32,000 bases of DNA from an uncultured bacterium (GTDB taxonomy: Bacteria > Auribacterota > JACPWU01). Each line of letters opens with the position of its first letter. The stretch's first letter is position 1. The stretch is from positions 120,001 to 152,000 of the forward strand of contig CAZXEQ010000005.1 in assembly GCA_964640155.1 (NCBI GenBank), written 5' to 3'. The notes below the pieces were generated by a model, which was not told the DNA's origin, made no database searches, and saw only the letters and a list, made by a program, of their open reading frames with translations. Of the stretch, positions 1 to 8,644 are shown piece after piece. The position numbers and the translations under genes are program-made.

Positions 1-844
1 ACTCATTGGAGCAGCTTTCGGGATTGGGTTTGTCATTGGCCCTGCAGTTGCAGCATTATTGATTCATGAAAAAATAGCAGCTTTTTTTCATATTTCACAA
101 TTTCGTTATGCCCTACCTGGATTTTTTGCGGCCTTTTTATCATTTTGCAGCTTTCTTCTGGTTTATTTTAAATTACCTGAAACAATCACCAAGAATTCAA
201 CCAAAGATACTGATCGCATTGTCAAAATGAGTGTTTTTTCAAAAACATTCTGGAAAGTTATTTTTGGAAATAGAAATTTTTCCTCTTCTTTGATTCCCAA
301 ATTAGTTTTGTGTCTTTTTCTCATTATTTTTGCTCAAGCTAATCTTTACAGTTCCTTTCCTCTCTTTTGTCATAACCAACTCCGTCTTTCTGCAGAAGGA
401 GTTGGAATATTATTCACCTTCATTGGAATTATTTCGGCTTTGATTCAAGGGGGAGCCATTAAATATTTAACTCAAAAATTTCACGAAGAAAAACTTTTTG
501 TAACTGGGAATATTTTGATGATGATAGGACTTTTCTTCGTCCCCTTCTCATCTTCAGTTTATATATTAGCTTTTTTTCTTGGAATCATGAGTATGGGAGC
601 AAGTCTTAATACCCCCACACTCAACAGTCTCATTTCTAAAGAAGCTGACCCTAAGAACATGGGAGCCATGATGGGAGGAGCTCAAGGGATTTCAAGCCTC
701 GCTCGAGTGTTGGGCCCCACTTGGGGAGGATTGCTTTATCATTTTGGACATCGTCTTCCTTTTCTTATCACCAGCTGCTTATTAAGCCTTACCGTATGGA
801 TAGGCATTAAAGTTCTTAAACTTCATACTTTAACCAAAAAATAA
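1..844 (+). CDS. MFS transporter, 5'-truncated by the window edge
   Basis: Frame 2 is open from nt 2 (LIGAAFGIGFVIGPAVAALL, an MFS-type G-rich helix), so the TTG at 59 in the ORF track is not the true start. There are multiple hydrophobic helices. Stop TAA at 842-844. Confidence 0.8.
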   Translation, partial: LIGAAFGIGFVIGPAVAALLIHEKIAAFFHISQFRYALPGFFAAFLSFCSFLLVYFKLPETITKNSTKDTDRIVKMSVFSKTFWKVIFGNRNFSSSLIPKLVLCLFLIIFAQANLYSSFPLFCHNQLRLSAEGVGILFTFIGIISALIQGGAIKYLTQKFHEEKLFVTGNILMMIGLFFVPFSSSVYILAFFLGIMSMGASLNTPTLNSLISKEADPKNMGAMMGGAQGISSLARVLGPTWGGLLYHFGHRLPFLITSCLLSLTVWIGIKVLKLHTLTKK

Positions 845-864
845 ATCTTTTAAAGGAAGTACTT

Positions 865-1275
865 ATGACTTCTTCTGCTAAAGAAAATTCTGTTTTTACA
901 CGCATCATTCGTGGAGAAATCCCTTGTCATAAAGTTTTAGAAAACGATTCTTGTCTAGCTTTTCTAGAAATCAAACCCGTTCATCCTGGACATACATTAG
1001 TCATTCCAAAAATAGAAGTAGATGCTTTCTTTGATTTAGAAGACGCACTCCTTTCAAATCTCATGATTTTTTCAAAAAAAGTAGCGCAAGCTGTTCAAAA
1101 AGCCATCGATTGCAAGAAAGTAGGTGTCATTATTTATGGAATGGAAGTGCGTCATGCCCATGTTCATTTGATTCCCATCCATGGAATCGCAGGAGAGTTT
1201 AACTTCGCAAATGCAAGACCTGCATCAAACGAGGAACTTCAGAAAATGGCAGAAAAAATTAGATCTCAACTGTAG
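865..1275 (+). CDS. HIT-family (histidine triad) nucleotide hydrolase/transferase
   Basis: Histidine-triad motif RHAHVHLIP near the C-terminus and N-terminal VFTRIIRGEIP. AGGAAG lies 5 nt upstream of ATG 865. Stop TAG at 1273-1275. Confidence 0.9.
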   Translation: MTSSAKENSVFTRIIRGEIPCHKVLENDSCLAFLEIKPVHPGHTLVIPKIEVDAFFDLEDALLSNLMIFSKKVAQAVQKAIDCKKVGVIIYGMEVRHAHVHLIPIHGIAGEFNFANARPASNEELQKMAEKIRSQL

Positions 1276-1478
1276 AAAATTATACGCTATTCGGGTGACC
1301 GATGAATCGAGTCATGAGCAATCGCACTCGAGTGAAAGCAACAAAAGTAAAGGGACCCAACTTCAAATTGACTCAAAAAAGAAAACAAACGAAAATTAAA
1401 ATGAATATCTTCATGGGCGCTGGAATGCGTACGAGAGAAGAGAGCGAATGACATTCGTCGGGCAGGACCCGTTTCCTT

Positions 1479-2255
1479 TTATTTAAACTCCACCGTCACA
1501 GGACAATGATCTGAGCCATAGACATGTGGTAAGATTCCCGCATCTTTAACCCCACTCACCAAATCATCAGAAACAAAATGATAATCAATTCTCCAGCCAA
1601 CATTTCGCTCTCGAGCGGCTGTTTTCATATCCCACCATGTATAATGCTGGGGTTCTTGGCTGAATTTTCTAAAAATATCTACTTGTCCATCCTCCACCCA
1701 ACGATCCAACCAAGACCGCTCTATTTTTAAAAATCCGGATACATTTTCATTTTCTTTAGGGCGAGCTAAATCAATCGGTTGATGGGCCGTATTATAATCG
1801 CCAGAAACAATGACACTCTTTCCTTGATCTTTTAACTTCTTAACAAATTTCATCGTTTCTTCATAGAAATCTAACTTGTATTGAAGCCTTTCAGGACTCG
1901 CCTTGCCATTGGGAAAATAAATATTCAAAAGCACAAACTCTGGAAATTCTGTTAAGAGAACACGGCCTTCTTCATCAAATCGAGCCACATTAAAACCAAG
2001 ACTTACTTGAGAGGGTTTACGTTTACTAAAAGTTGCAACTCCGCTATAACCCTTCCGTATGGGTTGACTCCAATACACGTGAAAACCCGGAGGATTTAAA
2101 AGCATCATATCTAATTGATTCTCATGGGCCTTTGTCTCCTGAACACAAAGAATATCGGGAGAAGTTTTTTCAAGCCATTCCAGAAAACCTTTTTTCTGAA
2201 CAGCTCGAATCCCATTCACATTCCATGATAAAATTTTCACAAAAGCTCCTTCCAT
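1479..2255 (-). CDS. xth: exodeoxyribonuclease III / AP endonuclease (EEP fold)
   Basis: ILSWNVNGIRA, CVQETK, NTAHQPIDL and GSDHCPV motifs are typical of ExoIII. The ORF-track start at 2270 is a TTG with no RBS. I prefer the in-frame ATG at 2255 (MEGAFVKILSWNVNG); the start is uncertain by 15 nt. Confidence 0.88.
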   Translation of the reverse strand: MEGAFVKILSWNVNGIRAVQKKGFLEWLEKTSPDILCVQETKAHENQLDMMLLNPPGFHVYWSQPIRKGYSGVATFSKRKPSQVSLGFNVARFDEEGRVLLTEFPEFVLLNIYFPNGKASPERLQYKLDFYEETMKFVKKLKDQGKSVIVSGDYNTAHQPIDLARPKENENVSGFLKIERSWLDRWVEDGQVDIFRKFSQEPQHYTWWDMKTAARERNVGWRIDYHFVSDDLVSGVKDAGILPHVYGSDHCPVTVEFK

Positions 2256-2321
2256 CCTAAATTTTTCCAACAGTTCGACGGATTACGATAGAATAATATA
2301 AGATTTCATGGGAGACCTCAA

Positions 2322-3206
2322 ATGAATGTTGTTACAGGGGCCTTTGGTTATATTGGAAGATGTATTACTCGTCATTTGCTCAATCTCAAAAGAAAAGTTA
2401 AAACAATCACGACTCACCCTGAAAAACCCAATCCGTTCGGAGCAGAGGTACAAGCTTTTCCCTATCACTTTAATGATCCTGACAAATCAATCAAAATACT
2501 CCGAGGAGTTTCAACCCTTTACAATACTTATTGGATTCATTTTGAATATGGAGGCCACACTTTTTGAATGTGATCAAAAAGCAGGTGTCAAAAAAATCAT
2601 TCACATCAGTGTAACGCAAGTCTCTACTCAGTCTTCTTTACCTTATTATAGAGGTAAAGCAATACAAGAAGAATTGCTCGCTAAAAGTAAAGCACCTTAC
2701 ACCATTATTCGGCCAAAACTCTCGTATTTGGAAAAGAAGATATTTTGGTGAATAATATTGCTTGGCTCATCCGGCGTTTTCCTTTTTTCCCTATTTTTGG
2801 ATCTGGCAATTACAAAGTCCAATCTATTTTTGCCGGCGATGTAGCAAAAATTGCTGTTGATGCAGTTGATGAACCTTCAGGGAAAATCATTGACGCCATT
2901 GGACCCGAAACTTTCACTTTTGAAGAGATGGTGCATCTTATTGCTAAAAAAATAGGACGTAGCCCTCTGTTTATGCATGTGCCTCCCCAATTAGGGATTC
3001 TACTTGGAAAAATCATCGGTTTATTTCAAAAAGATGTGATCTTAACCAGAGATGAATTGACAGGTTTGATGCAAAGTCTTTTAACTTCTACTCAAACACC
3101 CGATGGAAACACACTCTTTTCACGTTGGTTAGAGGAGAATAAAGAGACAGTAGGAAGCTCTTACACTTCAGAATTAGGCAGACATTTTAAATATCCGTTT
3201 TCATGA
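2322..3206 (+). pseudogene. disrupted NAD(P)-binding SDR/NmrA-like (NDUFA9-like epimerase family) gene
   Basis: One protein family is spread over three ORF pieces. Frame 3 (2322-2567) reads MNVVTGAFGYIGR...NTYWIHFEYGGHTF*. Frame 1 reads TLFECDQKAGVKKIIHISVT...YTIIRPKL. Frame 3 resumes with (LVFGKEDI)LVNNIAWLIRRFPFFPIFGSGNYKVQ... to 3206. Lesion 1 at about 2557-2566 looks like a short deletion removing about 8 codons. Lesion 2 is an extra 2 nt in CTCTC at 2719-2723. Confidence 0.75.
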
Positions 3207-3247
3207 TTCTGCCCATCCAAAGGGAAGTTCATTAATTTTTTAGCTTT

Positions 3248-3275
3248 TACGAAATACGAATTACGAATGACGAGA
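3248..3275. repeat. short heptamer tandem array
   Basis: TACGAAA TACGAAT TACGAAT GACGAGA, in the convergent spacer between the pseudogene and the 321-aa gene. Confidence 0.5.
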
Positions 3276-3338
3276 CAAGCTTTCACAGGCTTTTGCAGTC
3301 CAGTAGGGATAGTCCTAGTTCAGGGGATACGGTTTTTA

Positions 3339-4304
3339 TTATTGATCGTAATCCGTATTCAACATCTCATTAGGATTATCTGGATTGCGATATCCACCAA
3401 TGGTGGGATCATACGTATTAAGAGGGACATCGTGATATCGACCTGTCGACTCTGACAAACCTCTTTGATATCCCATCATTGCCTCTTGTTGGCCCTGAGA
3501 AATGCGAGTATCTGAAGCCATTTTATTTTCCCAAGTGCTCATTATAGAAGATGAATCAGCAGGATTGTTTTTGGGAAGAGACGCCGCCATTTCTCTTACG
3601 CCTCCTACAGCACTCCCATCAATGATTTTTAGACTTTCCGCCATAGCTGACAAGGTAGATTCCCATTTAGCCCATTCAGATGCAGGAGAATACATCTGCT
3701 TAACCTGAGTGCTAAATTGTCCCCATCCATTGCAAACCGCAACGTAAAGTTGTACGTGAAGACGCGCTCCTTTTCTCAAAAGAATATATTCTTTCACACC
3801 CCTTTGCCACTGTGTTCCCATCGCTCCAGGTTCTGAAGGAAGCATTTGTTCACGAACTACCTTTTCAACTTGAACTCCCAAAGTGCTCAAGTACCCATCC
3901 GCAAATTGCATAGGGGTTGCTTGCCCTGCAGCTCCTATCAACACAGCTCCACCAATACCCACGGTCTCATTGCTAGAAGGATCATACACATCTATCCCAT
4001 TGGCGCTTTCTATCACTTTCCAGTCTGACGGTTTTGAAACAGAAAAAACCCGCCCTCTATAAATTTCTAAATTTTGAGTGTTTTGTTTTTTGGATGTGCT
4101 CTGCACTTGCGCAGAGGAAGAACCTTGAGAAAATGATGAGTTAGAAGCAATCTGTAGGTCGTCTGCCTTTGGCTGAGAAGAGTGCATTGAGCCATTCAAT
4201 CCTCCTCGAAATCCTTCCATAAAATCTTTCCAGTTCAGAACAAGGACAAGGAGAAAAGCCACTAAAATGCTCAAAGCAACTCTACGTGGAGCAACTCTTT
4301 TCAC
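3339..4304 (-). CDS. hypothetical protein with N-terminal signal/anchor helix (probably exported)
   Basis: 321-aa ORF. The GTG start at 4304 gives VKRVAPRRVALSILVAFLLVLVLNW (basic N-region plus hydrophobic helix), followed by a Ser/Gln-rich linker. I recognise no family motif, the start codon is uncertain and there is no clear RBS. Confidence 0.6.
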   Translation of the reverse strand: MKRVAPRRVALSILVAFLLVLVLNWKDFMEGFRGGLNGSMHSSQPKADDLQIASNSSFSQGSSSAQVQSTSKKQNTQNLEIYRGRVFSVSKPSDWKVIESANGIDVYDPSSNETVGIGGAVLIGAAGQATPMQFADGYLSTLGVQVEKVVREQMLPSEPGAMGTQWQRGVKEYILLRKGARLHVQLYVAVCNGWGQFSTQVKQMYSPASEWAKWESTLSAMAESLKIIDGSAVGGVREMAASLPKNNPADSSSIMSTWENKMASDTRISQGQQEAMMGYQRGLSESTGRYHDVPLNTYDPTIGGYRNPDNPNEMLNTDYDQ

Positions 4305-4362
4305 GAATGAAATTGTAGCATAATTTTTAAAAGAACAAGAGCCCTATTTTTTAGAAATAAAG

Positions 4363-4722
4363 TTAGAATTGTCCCGTCCTCAACATGACCAAAGTGCAAG
4401 CTTCGAGCGCTTGAATGCCTGCCAAACTTACCTTTGCAGCAAGTTCCGGGTTCTCAGCTCCAGGATTAAAGATGACACGCCGAGGATGTTTTTGAAGAAT
4501 TTCATGAATCATTGAAGCTGATTTCTCTTCAGAAACGTATAAAGAAATGACATCTAAAGGCGCCATAATCTCATGAAGAGAGTGGTAAACTTTTATTCCC
4601 TCAATCTCTTGAATTTTAGGATGAACAGGGAAAACGGTATGCCCCTTCTCTTTTAAGAGCATTACTGCTTGATAAGAATAGCGATCTGGTTTATTTGAAG
4701 CACCGATTACAGCGACATTCAT
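4363..4722 (-). CDS. CoA-binding domain protein (YccU/YneT-like)
   Basis: VAVIGASNKPDRYSYQAVMLLKEKGHTVFPVHPK is the typical CoA_binding_2 N-terminus. GGAGAG RBS lies before ATG 4722. Confidence 0.8.
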   Translation of the reverse strand: MNVAVIGASNKPDRYSYQAVMLLKEKGHTVFPVHPKIQEIEGIKVYHSLHEIMAPLDVISLYVSEEKSASMIHEILQKHPRRVIFNPGAENPELAAKVSLAGIQALEACTLVMLRTGQF

Positions 4723-4734
4723 ATTCTCTCCAAA

Positions 4735-4797
4735 GCGTTAAGAGTTAAGGGCTATAGGCTAATAACTCTTAGCTCTTAGCTCTTAACTCTAAAAGAG
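4735..4797. repeat. heptamer-phased array switching orientation (inverted) in a divergent spacer
   Basis: GCGTTAA GAGTTAA GGGCTAT AGGCTAA | TAACTCT TAGCTCT TAGCTCT TAACTCT AAAAGAG. AGAGTTAA (4741-48) is the exact complement of TTAACTCT (4783-90). Confidence 0.6.
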
Positions 4798-4867
4798 TCT
4801 TTACGCTATCTTCTACTCATCATATTATAACAAAAGAACATAAAACTATTAATAAGGTCTTAAAAAC

Positions 4868-5287
4868 ATGTCCCGCTTCCCTGTTTCTCAAGAAAAAGAA
4901 ACTGCTTTAGAAAAACGTCTGGCCGCCCTAGGTATTTTTGAAAATGACTTAGACGAACAATTTGTTCGCTCTCAAGGGCATGGTGGGCAGAACATCAATA
5001 AAATATCTTCTTGTGTTGTATTAACCCATCGTCCGACAGGCCTCCAAGTGAAATGCCAGCAGGAACGTTCTCAGGCCATGAATCGATTCTTTGCTCGAAG
5101 GCTTTTAGCAGATAAGATGGAAAAGCAAATTTATGGAAAAAAATTGGCAGAGGAAAAAGAACGTCATAAAATTCGCAAGCAAAAGAAAAGGCGTTCGCGA
5201 AAACTTAAAGCTAAATTGAGAGAAGATAAAGAACATCGTCAAAAGAAAAAAGTAAATCGGCTAAGCATAAAATCTGAAGAAACTTAA
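4868..5287 (+). CDS. RF-1 domain (GGQ) protein, ArfB/ICT1-like peptidyl-tRNA hydrolase
   Basis: The GHGGQNINK (GGQ) motif is followed by VVLTHRPTGLQVKCQQERSQAMNR. The C-terminal tail is strongly basic (KIRKQKKRRSRKLKAKLREDKEHRQKKK), as in ribosome-rescue factors. Confidence 0.8.
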   Translation: MSRFPVSQEKETALEKRLAALGIFENDLDEQFVRSQGHGGQNINKISSCVVLTHRPTGLQVKCQQERSQAMNRFFARRLLADKMEKQIYGKKLAEEKERHKIRKQKKRRSRKLKAKLREDKEHRQKKKVNRLSIKSEET

Positions 5288-5306
5288 AAAACTTCTACAA
5301 TTTTTA

Positions 5307-5654
5307 TTAAACCTCAACTCCTCCTCTTTCTAAACTCCTAAGCGTCTGTCTTTGCTGACGGAGTGTACTGGCAATACTGCGACAAACTGTACTGCAAATC
5401 CCCGTAATATTAGGATCCGAAATTCTGTAAAAAACAGAAGTCCCTTCCTTACGCGAAGTCACCACATGCGTAGAAGTCAAAATGGCCAAATGTTTGGACA
5501 CATTGGACTGATTCATTTGTGTATGCGCCATGATTTCAGACACATTTTTTTCTCCATCATGAAGAGCTCTTAGAATCTTCAGACGTCCTGTCTCTGCCAA
5601 TGCCTTCAAAAAACCAGCAACCTGTTCCAACGCCTCATCTGAAAGAGTTTTCAT
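5307..5654 (-). CDS. ArsR/SmtB-family transcriptional regulator
   Basis: Winged-HTH signature RLKILRALHDGEKNVSEIMAHTQMNQSNVSKHLAILTSTHVVTSRKEGTSVFYRI. GAGGAAA RBS precedes the start. The gene is divergent from the SulP gene. Confidence 0.9.
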   Translation of the reverse strand: MKTLSDEALEQVAGFLKALAETGRLKILRALHDGEKNVSEIMAHTQMNQSNVSKHLAILTSTHVVTSRKEGTSVFYRISDPNITGICSTVCRSIASTLRQQRQTLRSLERGGVEV

Positions 5655-5691
5655 TGCATTTCCTCATATTCAGTTTAAAAACCAGACTAAA

Positions 5692-5722
5692 ATCATATAT
5701 GACTATATTTTCATATTATGAT
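5692..5722. promoter_or_regulatory. candidate ArsR-type operator (paired palindromes) in the arsR-sulP divergent spacer
   Basis: ATCATATATGA-N8-TCATATTATGAT. TCATATATGA (5693-5702) is a perfect 10-bp palindrome and the second half is the same with one extra T. A third related word, GATATGATT, lies at 5743-5751. Confidence 0.3.
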
Positions 5723-5788
5723 TGATCAATCAATATCAAAACGATATGATTCTCAAAAGCAGACTTCTAAACAAAGATCATCATTTTT

Positions 5789-7510
5789 ATGAATAATAGC
5801 GCATTTCTAAAAAACTCTCAAAAATCTTCACGACCCAAACAGCCCCTTTTCTTACCCAAGCTTTTTTCGACCTTAAAAGACTACAGCTGGAAAATTTTTT
5901 GGGGAGATTTGTCTAGCGGGATCATCGTTGGTATTGTCGCTCTCCCCCTGGCCATCGCCTTTGCTATCGCTTCAGGCGTTACACCCGACCGAGGATTAAC
6001 GACAGCAATTATTGCAGGGTTTTTAATTTCGGCTCTAGGAGGGTCTCGAGTTCAGATTGGAGGGCCCACCGGAGCTTTCGTTGTAATCGTCTATCACATC
6101 GTTGAAAAATATGGAATCAATGGCCTTCTCATCAGCACTTTGATGGCAGGTATCATGCTCATAGCCTTAGGACTGCTTCGATTAGGAACCATGATCCGGT
6201 TTGTCCCTTATCCTCTCACCGTTGGATTTACCTCTGGGATCGCTGTTGTTATTTTTTCTTCACAAGTGAAAGATTTTTTTGGACTTCAGACAGGAACTTT
6301 ACCCGCTGATTTTATAGAAAAGTGGGCAACTTATCTAAAACACTTTCACACGGTGGATATCCCCACTTCTCTTCTCTCCATCCTAGCTTTGCTGATTATT
6401 ATTTTTTGGCCACGTATCAATCGCAAAATCCCAGGATCTATTATCGCTATTATTATTTTGACGGCTCTGGCTCAATTGTTTCATCTCCCCGTCGAAACCA
6501 TTGAATCCCGATTTGGAGCTCTTCCCACAGGATTTCCAGATCTCGTCTGGCCCCAATTTACTCTTTCAGAATTAAAAGAGCTGATGAGTCCAGCTTTTAC
6601 AATTGCGCTTCTTGGAGCCATTGAATCTCTGCTCTCAGCAACTGTCGCGGATGGAATGATTGAGGGACGCCATCGTTCTAACACAGAACTTATTGCCCAA
6701 GGCATTGCAAATTTAATCACACCTCTTTTTGGAGGGATTCCTGCAACAGGAGCCATTGCACGAACCGCAACCAATGTCAAGAATGGGGCTAAAACACCTG
6801 TGGCTGGAATCATTCATGCACTCACACTTCTTCTCATTCTCCTTGTTTTAGGGCCTTTAGCTCGACTTATTCCCCTGTGTGTTTTTGCTTCTATTTTGAT
6901 GGTGGTTTCTTATCACATGAGCGAATGGCATGCCTTTCGGGCCCTTTTAAAATCTCCGCGAATGGATGTTGCCGTCTTACTCGTAACCTTTTTGACCACT
7001 GTTCTTGTAGATCTTACCCTAGCTGTTGAAATTGGATCACTGCTCTCCATCATACTATTTATGAAGCGTATGACGGATGTCACCACTGTGCGTGAAGTGA
7101 CACGAGAAATGGATGAAACTTTGGATGAAGATACCTTACGTTCAGAAAAAGAGTCCATTAGCAAAAGAAGTATTCCAAACGAAGTTCGAGTCTATGAAGC
7201 AGAAGGCGCCCTTTTCTTTGGAGTTGCAGAATTAGTTCGGGACAATTTAGATATTGGTGAAAATCCGCCTAAAATCATCATTTTGAGAATGCGTCATGTG
7301 CTCGCATTGGACGCTACAGGAATACGAGCTCTTCTAGACTTAAAAAGAGCCTGTCGCAATCAAGGAACGCAACTGGTCTTATCAGGACTTCATGCCCAGC
7401 CTTTGTTTGCACTCACACGAGCTGATTTATTTTTGGAGTTTGGGAAAGAAAATATAACGGCCAACATCGACGAAGCCCTTCAAAGAGCTCGTAATATTCT
7501 TCATGAATAA
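5789..7510 (+). CDS. SulP-family anion permease with C-terminal STAS domain
   Basis: 573 aa. GDLSSGIIVGIVALPLAIAFAIASGV is a SulP signature region, followed by many TM helices. The C-terminal part, about 120 aa (VRVYEAEGALFFGVAE...LDATGIRALLDL), is STAS-like. Confidence 0.9.
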   Translation: MNNSAFLKNSQKSSRPKQPLFLPKLFSTLKDYSWKIFWGDLSSGIIVGIVALPLAIAFAIASGVTPDRGLTTAIIAGFLISALGGSRVQIGGPTGAFVVIVYHIVEKYGINGLLISTLMAGIMLIALGLLRLGTMIRFVPYPLTVGFTSGIAVVIFSSQVKDFFGLQTGTLPADFIEKWATYLKHFHTVDIPTSLLSILALLIIIFWPRINRKIPGSIIAIIILTALAQLFHLPVETIESRFGALPTGFPDLVWPQFTLSELKELMSPAFTIALLGAIESLLSATVADGMIEGRHRSNTELIAQGIANLITPLFGGIPATGAIARTATNVKNGAKTPVAGIIHALTLLLILLVLGPLARLIPLCVFASILMVVSYHMSEWHAFRALLKSPRMDVAVLLVTFLTTVLVDLTLAVEIGSLLSIILFMKRMTDVTTVREVTREMDETLDEDTLRSEKESISKRSIPNEVRVYEAEGALFFGVAELVRDNLDIGENPPKIIILRMRHVLALDATGIRALLDLKRACRNQGTQLVLSGLHAQPLFALTRADLFLEFGKENITANIDEALQRARNILHE

Positions 7511-7535
7511 TAACTAGATACGATATACTTCCAAT

Positions 7536-8636
7536 ATGTCACAAGAAAATGAACTTAACCTATATCTTCACATTCCCTTTTGTCCCTCCAAATGCCCTTA
7601 TTGTGCGTTCAAGACGGGTGTTCACAAAGACTCTACGATTGATCTCTATGTACAAAAACTATGTTCTGAAATCCAGAGTCGTCTCACTCCTTTGCAGAAA
7701 AGTTCCATAAAAACCATTTACATGGGAGGAGGGACAACAAATCTTCTCTCTATACAACAACTCACTCAAATCATGAAAATAATTCATGATTTAGTAAGAT
7801 TCGATAAACAGTTTGAAATCACTGCAGAACTTCATCCTCTGCTCATTGAAAAAGAATATATTCAAGAAATGTTAGCCTTGGGTTTTAACCGCTTTTCGAT
7901 TGGAGTACAAAGCTTTCAAGACAAAGAACTTCAATTTCTGAAAAGAGACTATTCCTCCAAAGAAGTTCAGGAGAAAATTTTGATTCTGAAAGAAGCCCAA
8001 ATTCCAAATTTGAATCTCGATTTTATTATCGCTCTTCCTTCACAAGAAAAAGAACATCTTGATTTAAACCTTCAAACAGCTTTGAAATTTGCGCCAGAGC
8101 ATCTCTCCCATTACCTTCTTTCTATGGATGAAGGAAGTTTCTGGACACATCAGAAAAACAAAGGACAATTTGAAGAGATTGAAGAAGAGAGGGCTGCTCA
8201 ACTTTATAACCACGTATGTCAGGCCCTAGAAAATTCTTACAATCACTATGAAATTTCAAATTGGGCTAAAACAGGATTTGAATGTCAGCATCATCTTTCA
8301 TTCTGGGAAGGAAAACCTTATTTAGGATTTGGGCTTTCTGCAACATCCTTTGATGGCAAAATTCATTCCCGAAACACCAGTGACATAAAAAAATATTTAG
8401 AGAATCCTCTTCTTCTAGAAGAATCGCTCGCCTTTAAATCTGATCAAGAAAAATCTATTATGGAAATTATTTTAGGAAGCAGAACAAAAAAAGGGATTCC
8501 GAATCGATTTTTAAAAACACAAATAGCCGCTCTTCACGAAGCTGGATTTATTAACACAACAAAAGATTTTGTTGTGTTAACAAGAAAGGGATGGCTTTTT
8601 AATGATTATGTGATTGATCAATTGATCAATGCTTAA
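7536..8636 (+). CDS. hemW: radical-SAM HemN-like heme chaperone / oxygen-independent coproporphyrinogen oxidase family
   Basis: LYLHIPFCPSKCPYCAF (CxxxCxxC), GGGT motif (YMGGGTTNLL) and a C-terminal HemN_C-like region. 366 aa. Confidence 0.85.
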   Translation: MSQENELNLYLHIPFCPSKCPYCAFKTGVHKDSTIDLYVQKLCSEIQSRLTPLQKSSIKTIYMGGGTTNLLSIQQLTQIMKIIHDLVRFDKQFEITAELHPLLIEKEYIQEMLALGFNRFSIGVQSFQDKELQFLKRDYSSKEVQEKILILKEAQIPNLNLDFIIALPSQEKEHLDLNLQTALKFAPEHLSHYLLSMDEGSFWTHQKNKGQFEEIEEERAAQLYNHVCQALENSYNHYEISNWAKTGFECQHHLSFWEGKPYLGFGLSATSFDGKIHSRNTSDIKKYLENPLLLEESLAFKSDQEKSIMEIILGSRTKKGIPNRFLKTQIAALHEAGFINTTKDFVVLTRKGWLFNDYVIDQLINA

Positions 8637-8644
8637 GAGTAAAA

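Noticed and set aside
1181-1399. 72-aa plus-strand ORF overlapping the 3' end of the HIT gene and running into the spacer
   Set aside because: It is out of frame with a well-supported gene, has no RBS, and has low-complexity Ser/Lys/Glu composition with no motif. It is most likely a chance ORF.
1400-1478. Possible degenerate third copy of the 126-nt palindromic element (shares GCGTACG, GAGCG and GCAGGACCCGTTTCC versus GCAGATGGACCTTTTTC)
   Set aside because: Only short word matches exist and I could not build a convincing end-to-end alignment by eye. It needs a real alignment or covariance-model search before being called.
6322-7164. Several 60-110-aa ORFs on either strand within the SulP gene; similar ones lie within perM, glgP, bioB, the HAD gene and the 457-aa gene (e.g. 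11880-12200, 12162-12608, 13854-14036, 15452-15700, 16863-17075, 18290-18920)
   Set aside because: They are embedded in or antisense to long, motif-supported genes. None has an RBS or recognisable domain.
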